32,532 nt of DNA, from NCBI GenBank assembly GCA_032718475.1, contig JAUCBJ010004841.1, positions 1 to 32,532 on the forward strand, in the 5' to 3' direction. This document shows positions 1 through 9,800 of this stretch, in pieces. The position numbers and the translations under genes were made by a program. The notes under the pieces were generated by a model that saw nothing but the letters and a program-made list of their open reading frames with translations, made no database searches and was not told the DNA's origin. This DNA is from Nemertoderma westbladi (Eukaryota; Animalia; Xenacoelomorpha). The first letter of the stretch is position 1. Every line of letters starts with the position of its first letter.

Positions 1-911
1 TCCATCAACATCTGCACGAGTCCATGTTGTTAAAGATCTCCCCAAATACAAGATATCCGACAGGTTTCTAAAGGAGAAGATCAGTTACCAGGAGCATGAT
101 GAAACCAACAAACAGATGCTGAGACTTCTACAATGCTATGAGGATTCCGATAAGTATTTCCTGTTGTTAAGAAATTCGCAGATGCGCTTAAGGGATCGCT
201 TCTCTAGTACCATGATAGATGGGTTAATACGTGTTGGGGGTCGGCTAACAAACGCCCCATTATCCTTTGACACTAAGTTTCCCATACTCATTAGAAATCT
301 TGACATACAAATCAAGATGATTGTAGATGTTCATAGCAAACTGTATCATGCTGGAAGAGAACGAGTTCTTAGCGAAATTCGAACTCGCTACTATTTTTAT
401 AAACCCCGTAGGGCTCTGAACCAAGTTCTTAGGAACTGCATACCCTGTAGGAAAGCATTCAGTAGGCCTTTAACCCAGCGAGAGGCAGAATTACCTAGGG
501 AAAGAGTAAGCTTCTATGAACCACCCTTTACTAATACCGGTGTGGATTTATTTGGCCCTATTGAAGTATATCGTGCCCGGACTATAGTTAAAAGATGGTG
601 TGTCATCTTCGTTTGTATGACTTGTAGAGCTATCCATCTCGATATGGTAAACGATCTATCCACCAACAGCTTCGTGTTGAGTTTACGACGACAGATCGCA
701 TGGTTTGGTGCGATCAGTAGAGCTCGTCGTCATGCGGCGGAACTTTAAGAAACCAGGGATAGTCTTTGAGACTCAACAGCTCAATCGCCCAGTGGGTCGT
801 TTATGTTTACTGGAAAGAGATAGAGAGCTCTCCGGAAACTATGGAAGGCAAGAAACTCTTCCCACGACCACTTCCCTAATTCAACCGACATCTAGGGACT
901 CCCCAACTTAA
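1..911 (+). pseudogene. pol: BEL/Pao LTR retrotransposon pol 3' end (integrase plus C-terminal domain), internally deleted
   Basis: ORF 116-748 has BEL/Pao motifs DGLIRVGGRL, the HHCC zinc domain (H-SKLY-H-AG...C-IP-C), PPFTNTGVDLFGP and KRWCVIFVCMTCRAIHLD. After LRR (~690) similarity jumps into another frame reading HGLVRSVEL...RPVGRLCLLE, the usual BEL Pol C-terminus. The SDNGTNF-type catalytic segment is missing. Confidence 0.93.
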
Positions 912-918
912 TATCGTT

Positions 919-1334
919 CGGAGTGGGCGTGTGACTCTATTATTTTATATTATTTTATTATTTTTACATTTATGTATGTATTACTATGTAATTTTATTAT
1001 AATCGTTTTATTTAATCTAGTAGAATATTATTTAGCGATTATTTTGTAGAATAGTGCAATATATTCGTGTTTATTACGTACGTCACTTACTTATATTATA
1101 TTTAGTGCGACGGCGAAGAAATAATTCTTTTTCTCTTTCCTTACTGCTCCGTATTCTATTATAAATACGTAACTACAGTAAGATGAAATGTCCGTACTTA
1201 TTAAAGTACAATAAAGCCACTACTATATTTAAGTATTATTGGTAGGCAGAGTATTAGGAATGCAAAGTTCAGATCCTCGTGTCTCGGCTAAACCAAGCTC
1301 TGGGTAGACCTTGGAAACGACTTGCCTCTTCACA
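919..1334 (+). mobile_element. Polypurine tract plus candidate BEL/Pao 3' LTR (TGTGA...TCACA)
   Basis: CGGAGTGGGCG (919-929) lies just after the pol stop and is followed by TGTGA at 930. TATAAATA is at 1160-1167 and AATAAA at 1210-1215. The inverted TCACA is at 1330-1334. The right boundary is uncertain because no second LTR copy is in the window. Confidence 0.55.
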
Positions 1335-1430
1335 CTGACATTGCTTCGTGCGATATTGCTCTCATACCGTATATTAAATAATACATATAGTAGCGTGATG
1401 TCCCTTTAACAGTAGCGTATAACGCAAAAT

Positions 1431-1770
1431 AAATCTGTTAAACCCTTTGACCATCTGTAATTCTAGTCGATTAAGATATCGTGGCACCCACCGATATACT
1501 TGAAAGACAAATTATAGAATCAGTGGTTAACGTCCCCAGACAAGTTCTGGAATAAATCGGTGCCCATCTCAAATATTAATTAGTTAATATTTACAAATCA
1601 AATAAGTCAAAATCTGTAAAATTCAGATCCTTCAACAATTCTAGTCAATTAAGATATCGTAGCATTTACCGATATTCTTAAAGAGACAATTTTCTTAGAA
1701 TTAAGGATCTTGTGTCCCTAGACATGTTCTAGAATCAAAATATGCCCATTTAATTATCAAATAATAAAAT
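1431..1770 (+). ncRNA. Two diverged tandem copies (offset 179 nt) of a structured RNA element
   Basis: Both copies start AAATCTGT (1431, 1610). Each has a long hairpin (1447-1530; 1625-1710) and a short hairpin (1536-1550; 1718-1732), with compensatory substitutions between copies. G-U pairs favour the + strand. Confidence 0.65.
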
Positions 1771-2520
1771 TTCAGGGAATAAATTTAAATTCATGTCTTT
1801 TAATGAATTTAATAAATTGCCATTTTACGCAATTTATAACATTCCCAAAATTCCATTAATTAATAGATCAAGGGAGCGGAGATTTATATTATTATGCGTA
1901 TGCGTGTACGAAAGTCTCCCAAACATAGTCAATAGCCGATAAAATTCATAAAGTCATGTATAAACAGGACATTGACTATTAAAGAATTCCTATTAAATAA
2001 CATCCCAGATCTGTATGCATTGGAATTACCCTAATTCTACCGCTAGCTTTACATAATGTCACCATAGCAACAACCACGCTAGAATTAGAATTGAGTTAAA
2101 AGAACAATAGAAAGCTTGTCCCATTGAATAGCATAGGGAATAAATAGCGCACTGCTAGTATCCAAGGATACATAATAATACAGTGACATTCTGGAAGGCA
2201 TTGACTAACGGACAAATGGCCCGAATGTGCGTAGTTGTGACCAGTTGTGTGGTATTTGTGAGTTTATAGGTGAATGTTACTGCTAAAGTGTGTTTACAGT
2301 AGCTAGTCGCAATCGTAAAAGTAACCTAACTCTCCAAGGAATACCTGAAGTACATCTAAGCCTTTGGGACGGACAGTGGAGTGACTTGTGCCGGTTATCG
2401 TTGTCGTTGTACAGCTACGTCGTTGGCGAAAGTACAGCTACAGCGGTACATCGGCGCTGAGAATCTCCTACTGTCCGGGGGCAAGGGAGAAATAGGCAGC
2501 GACGCCCGCTCGCCTAACGA

Positions 2521-2528
2521 TATATAAA
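2521..2528 (+). promoter_or_regulatory. TATA box upstream of orphan ORF 2563
   Basis: TATATAAA about 40 nt upstream of the ATG at 2563, preceded by a GC-rich tract (GACGCCCGCTCGCC). Confidence 0.35.
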
Positions 2529-2562
2529 CTCATTATAATATTGGTGAACTTGTATAGCAGAT

Positions 2563-2928
2563 ATGACTGAATTAATAGAAGATGATCTTGGTATCAGGGA
2601 GAGATATACTCTACCTTTACAAGCGTTTGTCGATAGCTTGATACGCGGCGACGCTGATCCAACTACTACGGAGGACGATGGTCGTTATATCGAACCGCCA
2701 ATGTCCCAGGAGCAACTTACGCGTGAATTGGATTATAGAAAGTTCACTGCTCGCTACACGCATCGTAATGGTACGTATATGGACTTCTTGACCACTGGTC
2801 ATCCTATTGATTTACACGATACGGACGATGTAGACACCGAAAGGGAAATGGTTTTATTTAAATATCATGCCCAGCGGAGTCGAAACGATAAATCGAGAAT
2901 AGAACACGAGAACCCTATTCGAAATTAA
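2563..2928 (+). CDS. Orphan acidic protein (121 aa), possibly continuing by frameshift to 3146
   Basis: Non-repetitive ATG ORF after a TATA box. An overlapping frame (REPYSKLTRRIERGRR...) runs on into ORF 2955-3146. No recognisable family. Confidence 0.4.
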   Translation: MTELIEDDLGIRERYTLPLQAFVDSLIRGDADPTTTEDDGRYIEPPMSQEQLTRELDYRKFTARYTHRNGTYMDFLTTGHPIDLHDTDDVDTEREMVLFKYHAQRSRNDKSRIEHENPIRN

Positions 2929-3776
2929 CTCGAAGGATAGAACGTGGAAGAAGGTTGATGCGGACAAATAAAGGAGAACCACTGGAGAAGAGACATGGGT
3001 TAATGTCCAGGGTCCATAATGTGAATAGTTTTCCCCGGGGCACGGGTGCTCGCGGGCGGTCTCCTTCGGGAGGCTGTAACTTTCTCTTCCTTCATCGTTT
3101 TCCTGTAATTATTGTGATCAGTGTCACAATTAAAAGGCAGGAATGAATGATGATGTGACGGAAAACACATCCATTGTGGTATCTTATGGATACTATCGTA
3201 TATCTTCCCTCCTCTCTACTCCTCTTACCCTCTTATACGTTGTTACTAAAGATACGACATATTTCATCCCACCTTCTTTTCCCAACGTGCTCGGAGCTTC
3301 GGGAAACGAATACTAAACCTCCCATCCCTTACTGTTCATCTGGATGCTAATATTGGTGTCCGCACCTCCTGTCCATGTCATATTCTGTTGATATTTATGA
3401 TATCAACTTCCACCCTCTCGTTCTTGATTAGATAATCAACCACTTCCTAATTTCCTCAAGTCCACAACCGTGAAACAAGGACTGAAAGGACACGCGGATA
3501 GTTTGTGAACAACTGGTACCATTATGTGTCATAAATCTGGTTGTTCACCTCCCTTAATGATTGGGGATATAAATCTTATGTAGAACAACTGAGGCAAACA
3601 TATCTTTGAGCTGGTGTTTACCTCATCACACTGGGGGATAAATTCGGTTGGGGATAGTACTCGAATGTTACAATCCTCCTACTGAGATCTTATTTCTGAA
3701 TATTTCAGAATGCGAAATAGTTTTTCCTCTGCTCTACCATCGCTGTCGGAGAACATATTAGGTATACAATGGGAAC

Positions 3777-5552
3777 ATGGAGAACATTCCATACCCTTTT
3801 GTTGATACTCAGCTGATTGCTCCTTGGGCCGAAGGCCGAGGTTTCTTTTGCACTATGTATGCCAATACACCCAGCGACATTACTAAAGTACAACGGACGT
3901 CCATCGGACATCTTGCCTTTCAAGAATATGGATGGAACTTCAAAGTTGGAAATCCTATCAATTACCAGCAGGTATATGGAGATCATTACTCCCGTTTATA
4001 TTTTGACGGACCATTAACTGCGCCTGGTGCCGTATATAGCTTTATGAGTGTTCCACTTCGTCCTTCCTTAGCTATATACACGATCTTTGAAAACGCAGCA
4101 CTTGCCGGTTGGCTAGCCGATGTGTGCAGTCGTACCATACGCGCTCACCCATTAATACTTGGAACTAAACTCGCCAAGTTAGACGAACACAATAAGTTTA
4201 TACGTTTCGTATGTTTCCGGCGCTTTCTGACTCCGTTCCGTAACGTCGATAGTCAGTTCAAGGACCGCGCGCTGACCAAACTCAGTCTGAGAGACTCAGC
4301 TGCGGAGAAACTGAGTAGCGCTGGATTTGCCGTTTTTCAAGACATTTGTATACAGAACTTACATTCATCTGTCATACAAAGACCTCGAATACCTACAGGA
4401 TATTCTGTCGTGGAAATACAGACAGTGGGTCCACTTACGGAAACAGACGCACCCACTTCGTCTATGCAGCTGGAGGATGAGCCAGTATGCTTGGAATCAG
4501 AAGCGATTCAGCCTACAGCTTCCCGGAGCAGTGACAATGATTATGTCATAGAGTGGTATCAAGGTCCACAACGTCTCACAGCGTACGATTATCGACACGC
4601 CAACTACGTTTCTCGAAAACGTTGTCGATTATGCGCATCGAGAGACCACTTCACCCCTCTCGACTCCAACGCACCTTGCTCCTATTTCCTCGAACAACCG
4701 ATGATGGAAATATATTGTGCTTATTGCAGACTTAATAACTCTCATATTTTTGCCGTCTGTCCACAATTTATGACTCAATGTCACTACTGTCAACTTAAAG
4801 GACATGAAAGTTACAATTGTCCCTTTAATCGCGATTTAGAGAGCGTAGACGAGATGATCACCCTGCGATACATCCGAGCTTGGGAAGCGAATGCGGATTT
4901 ACATTGCGAATCCCGACATCGCTATTACCCTGGACGAGCTTACGAGGGAGTTTACGTGTTCCATCCTTACCTATTCGCGTCGATTGAACAGAAAACACGC
5001 GTACCAAGTTACGAATTAATGAAGCGTGTTGGTGAGTGTATTTCCACCAAGTTTGTCAGAAAATACCTTAGAAACGTCAACCCTAATGATATAACCACCT
5101 ATCACCTGATCAATTTTATACGTCAGGACCCTGAGTATGGCGACATCTTTGTAAACTCGCATCCTGAACTACAGGAAATATCTCGGCGACCATATGAATA
5201 TCGAACCCGAGAACGCGAGCTGGAGAGAACCATTAAACTGAGAAAGTTCCTCACCACTCACGGTCCACCCAACGCTAGTGTCCAGACGACCCGTCAAGGA
5301 CCCGTGGGAGCTGCTGTCCTGAGACGCGCTCTAAAGGCCGTTAGACCTCGCTCCACTGAGGTTGATATTAATCAACCAGGTACTTCGACCGGCGGGTATA
5401 CCGATCGTAATCCTACACCTTCTGATGCAATCGTATTGCACCCTTCGCCTAGGAGCTACAGCCCTCCTCATAAAGTGGCTCGCCCCAAAGAGAAAAGGAC
5501 TCTTGCTAGCCTCAAGAAACTGCATAAACGCCGTCCGCGCAAGAAAGACTAA
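3777..5552 (+). CDS. 591-aa intronless protein with three CCHC-type zinc knuckles and a basic C-terminal tail; probably retroelement-associated
   Basis: Long non-repetitive ORF. Motifs CRLCASRDH-x9-C, CAYCRLNNSHIFAVC and CHYCQLKGHESYNC at 4623-4823. Ends KKLHKRRPRKKD (NLS-like). Confidence 0.8.
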   Translation: MENIPYPFVDTQLIAPWAEGRGFFCTMYANTPSDITKVQRTSIGHLAFQEYGWNFKVGNPINYQQVYGDHYSRLYFDGPLTAPGAVYSFMSVPLRPSLAIYTIFENAALAGWLADVCSRTIRAHPLILGTKLAKLDEHNKFIRFVCFRRFLTPFRNVDSQFKDRALTKLSLRDSAAEKLSSAGFAVFQDICIQNLHSSVIQRPRIPTGYSVVEIQTVGPLTETDAPTSSMQLEDEPVCLESEAIQPTASRSSDNDYVIEWYQGPQRLTAYDYRHANYVSRKRCRLCASRDHFTPLDSNAPCSYFLEQPMMEIYCAYCRLNNSHIFAVCPQFMTQCHYCQLKGHESYNCPFNRDLESVDEMITLRYIRAWEANADLHCESRHRYYPGRAYEGVYVFHPYLFASIEQKTRVPSYELMKRVGECISTKFVRKYLRNVNPNDITTYHLINFIRQDPEYGDIFVNSHPELQEISRRPYEYRTRERELERTIKLRKFLTTHGPPNASVQTTRQGPVGAAVLRRALKAVRPRSTEVDINQPGTSTGGYTDRNPTPSDAIVLHPSPRSYSPPHKVARPKEKRTLASLKKLHKRRPRKKD

Positions 5553-5620
5553 CTGTTTAGAGTATTTTTATATTTTAGAAACTGTGATTTTGTATATTTT
5601 ATAGACTTAAATCCCATTTT

Positions 5621-5640
5621 CTGGGAGCGGTGTAAAAGCT
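5621..5640 (+). other. Second PPT-like tract followed by TGT (possible LTR start at 5631)
   Basis: CTGGGAGCGG|TGTAA, with TGT 79 nt after the stop of the 591-aa ORF and an AT-rich spacer between, resembling BEL/Pao 3' junctions. Confidence 0.35.
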
Positions 5641-6352
5641 TTTGTGGGATAACTGGTTCGTTTGCTTTGCTGGCCAGTTCCCCCCCGGTCGCTAGAATAC
5701 TCAAAAAGGGATCTATAGTTAAAATAGTGCAAGCTACCAGCTTATTGGCTGATTTGCTGTACGCAGGTATCTGGGCTCTGTTTAATCGGCCAACCAGCCT
5801 AAGAAGGTTGCGTCATAGCCCTGTTTTTGTATCTCCCAATAGAATTTGAGTTAGCCTTGATTTGACCTATCACAGAGCTACTGAACTGAAATTTTCCTAT
5901 CTCACTGCTCTTTCTCTGTGTTGAACGGGAGCTTCGTGGAATAAGTGCAGTTGGTATACTCGTATAGAGCAGTAGTCACGAGTTTTTCAAAGCCACGAAA
6001 GAACGGCTTTATAGTGTTTTGTGCTTTTCTGCTTTTTAGCTCGACACTAGTAGGTTTAATTATAAGGACATATATCCTTTAACTGACATACCGACCAAAC
6101 TCTGTGAATATCACTCTGCTGAAACATTGCAAACTCATAACAATCAGTGTTCAGTTGTTGTTTTATACTGCTATTTACTGTCAGTTCTTCATAATATGGT
6201 TGATGAATAATTATATTTGGAATAACGATAAATAACCCCGAAACCCAATATTCTTGATATACCGAAGGTAAGAGAGAAAGGTTACAGATAAACGATTGTG
6301 ACTTATGTTAAAGTGGTTTGAAGTGAATCTAATGTTATTTGATAGACCCTAC

Positions 6353-6779
6353 ATGAGTCAGTCTGTGTTCCTTTTATATGTGACTAAAATCAGTGAAGAT
6401 CGGCAGATTAGTGTGCAGTATTGTGCAGCATTGTGTATGAGTGAGTCTGTTAAAGAAGCATTTCCTAAAGAATGCGCCATATATGTGAATTATAACTAAA
6501 CCATATCGTTGTGAGTAGTTTAAGTCATAACTCTGTTTATATAGATAGAGCGCCACGTCCTAAAGGAACTGTTAATATTCCCGAAGGTGAATAATATTGT
6601 CAGAGATTATATAATACTGTCAGTCGAATAATACATTAGGCTTACATAGCAATAAAATTAAGCCGTCGAACCCAATCTCCCGGGAATATCCAGCGGGTGA
6701 ATGATCGCGCACAGATTGGTTTCGACTAGTGTAGTGAATCAAATACTTGTCATAGGCTAAAAAGCGATTTAATATCTAG
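6353..6779 (+). CDS. Candidate compact spliced gene, 84 aa, unknown product (exons 6353-6484, 6545-6586, 6640-6696, 6756-6779)
   Basis: Three 53-60 nt phase-0 introns, each GTGAAT...TAG, join into an open frame MSQSVFLL...KECAIY/IERHVLKELLIFPK/AYIAIKLSRRTQSPGNIQR/AKKRFNI*. An upstream intron 6268-6345 reads GTAAG...CTAAT...ATAG. Manual model only. Confidence 0.4.
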
Positions 6780-6831
6780 AAGACATCTTAATTTGGCGGA
6801 TTAAACTGCCAAAGGTATGAAAGCGCGAACA

Positions 6832-9800
6832 GGAATACAGTCGTTTTTGGGAATACAGTCGTTATTGGGAATACAGTCGTTATTGGGAATACAGTTGTAA
6901 TTGGGAATACAGTGGTTATTGGGAATACAGTCGTTATTGGGAATACAGTCGTTATTGGGAATACAGTTGTAATTGGGAATACAGTCGTTATTGGGAATAC
7001 AGTCGTTTTTTGGAATACAGTCGTTATTGGGAATACAGTCGTTATTGGGAATACAGTCGTTATTGGGAATACAGTCGTTATTGGGAATACAGTCGTTATT
7101 GGGAATGCAGTAGTTATTGGGAATACAGTCGTTATTGGGAATACAGTCGTTATTGGGAATACAGTCGTTATTGGGAATACAGTCGTTTTTGGGAATACAG
7201 TCGTTATTGGGAATACAGTTGTAATTGGGAATACAGTCGTTATTGGGAATACATTCGGTATTGGGAATACAGTCGTTATTGGGAGTCCAGTCGTTATTGG
7301 GAATACAGTCGTTATTGGGAGTACAGTCGTTATTGGGAATACAGTCGTTATTGGGAATACAGTTGTTATTGGGAATACAGTCGTTATTGGGAATACAGTC
7401 GTTATTGGGAATACAGTCGTTATTGGGAATACAGTTGTTATTGGGAATACAGTCGTTATTGGGAGTCCAGTCGTTATTGGGAATACAGTCGTTATTGGGA
7501 ATACAGTCGTTATTGGGAATACAGTCGTTATTGTGAATACAGTCGTTTTTGGGAATACAGTCGTTATTGGGAATACAGTTGTAATTGGGAATACAGTCGT
7601 TATTGGGAATACATTCGGTATTGGGAATACAGTCGTTATTGGGAGTCCAGTCGTTATTGGGAATACAGTCGTTATTGGGAGTACAGTCGTTATTGGGAAT
7701 ACAGTCGTTATTGGGAATACAGTTGTTATTGGGAATACAGTCGTTATTGGGAATACAGTCGTTATTGGGAATACAGTCGTTATTGGGAATACAGTTGTTA
7801 TTGGGAATACAGTCGTTATTGGGAATACAGTCGTTATTGGGAATACAGTCGTTATTGGGAATACAGTCGTTATTGGGAATACAGTCGTTATTGGGAATAC
7901 AGTTGTAATTGGGAATACAGTCGTTATTGGGAATACAGTCGTTATTGGGAATACAGTCGTTATTGGGAATACAGTTGTAATTGGGAATACAGTCGTTATT
8001 GGGAATACAGTCGTTTTTTGGAATACAGTCGTTATTGGGAATACAGTCGTTATTGGGAATACAGTCGTTATTGGGAATACAGTCGTTTTTGGGAATACAG
8101 TCGTTATTGGGAATACAGTCGTTATTGGGAATACAGTTGTAATTGGGAATACAGTCGTTATTGGGAATACAGTCGTTATTGTGAATACAGTCGTTATTGG
8201 GAATACAGTTGTAATTGGGAATACAGTCGTTATTGGGAATACAGTCGTTTTTTGGAATACAGTCGTTAATGGGAATACAGTCGTTATTGGGAATACAGTT
8301 GTTATTGGGAATACAGTCGTTATTGGGAGTACAGTAGTTATTGGGAATACAGTCGTTATTGGGGATACAGTCGTTTTTGGGAATACAGTCGTTATTGGGA
8401 ATACAGTCGTTATTGGGAATACAGTCGTTATTGGGAATACAGTCGTTATTGGGAATACAGTCGTTTTTGGGAATACAGTCGTTATTGGGAATACAGTCGT
8501 TATTGGGAATACAGTCGTTATTGGGAATACAGTTGTAATTGGGAATACAGTCGTTAATGGGAATACAGTCGTTATTGGGAATACAGTCGTTATTGGGAAT
8601 ACAGTCGTTATTGGGAATACAGTCGTTTTTTGGAATACAGTCGTTATTGGGAATACAGTCGTTATTGGGAATACAGTGGTTATTGGGAATACAGTCGTTA
8701 TTGGGAATACAGTTGTAATTGGGAATACAGTCGTTATTGGGAATACAGTCGTTATTGGGAGTCCAGTCGTTATTGGGAATACAGTCGTTATTGGGAATAC
8801 AGTCGTTATTGGGAATACAGTCGTTTTTGGGAATACAGTCGTTATTGGGAATACAGTTGTAATTGGGAATACAGTCGTTAATGGGAATACAGTCGTTATT
8901 GGGAATACAGTCGTTATTGGGAATACAGTCGTTTTTGGGAATACAGTCGTTATTGGGAATACAGTCGTTATTGGGAATACAGTCGTTATTGGGAATACAG
9001 TTGTAATTGGGAATACAGTCGTTAATGGGAATACAGTCGTTATTGGGAATACAGTCGTTATTGGGAATACAGTCGTTATTGGGAATACAGTCGTTTTTTG
9101 GAATACAGTCGTTATTGGGAATACAGTCGTTATTGGGAATACAGTGGTTATTGGGAATACAGTCGTTATTGGGAATACAGTTGTAATTGGGAATACAGTC
9201 GTTATTGGGAATACAGTCGTTATTGGGAGTCCAGTCGTTATTGGGAATACAGTCGTTATTGGGAATACAGTCGTTATTGGGAATACAGTCGTTTTTGGGA
9301 ATACAGTCGTTATTGGGAATACAGTTGTAATTGGGAATACAGTCGTTAATGGGAATACAGTCGTTATTGGGAATACAGTCGTTATTGGGAATACAGTCGT
9401 TTTTTGGAATACAGTCGTTATTGGGAATACAGTCGTTATTGGGAATACAGTCGTTTTTGGGAATACAGTCGTTATTGGGAATACAGTTGTAATTGGGAAT
9501 ACAGTCGTTAATGGGAATACAGTCGTTATTGGGAATACAGTCGTTATTGGGAATACAGTCGTTTTTTGGAATACAGTCGTTATTGGGAATGCAGTCGTTA
9601 TTGGGAATACAGTCGTTATTGGGAATACAGTCGTTATTGGGAATACAGTCGTTATTGGGAATACAGTCGTTATTGGGAATACATTTGTTATTGGGAATAC
9701 AGTTGTTATTGGGAATACAGTCGTTTTTGGGAATACAGTCGTTATTGGGAATACAGTAGTTATTGGGAATACAGTCGTTAATGGGAATACAGTCGTTATT

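Noticed and set aside
1260-1330. HDV-like or hammerhead ribozyme (AGA-TCCTCGTG-TCT resembles P3/L3; GAAAC follows a stem)
   Set aside because: The candidate P1 3' strand does not follow P3 directly, and there is no CTGANGA core. The topology is non-canonical by eye.
1538-1729. p53 half-sites AGACAAGTTC and AGACATGTTC
   Set aside because: Single half-sites about 180 bp apart, better explained as part of the conserved short hairpin.
2290-2460. SRNRKSNLTLQGIPE, resembling an L1 ORF1 motif
   Set aside because: Short frame with no start codon and no further similarity.
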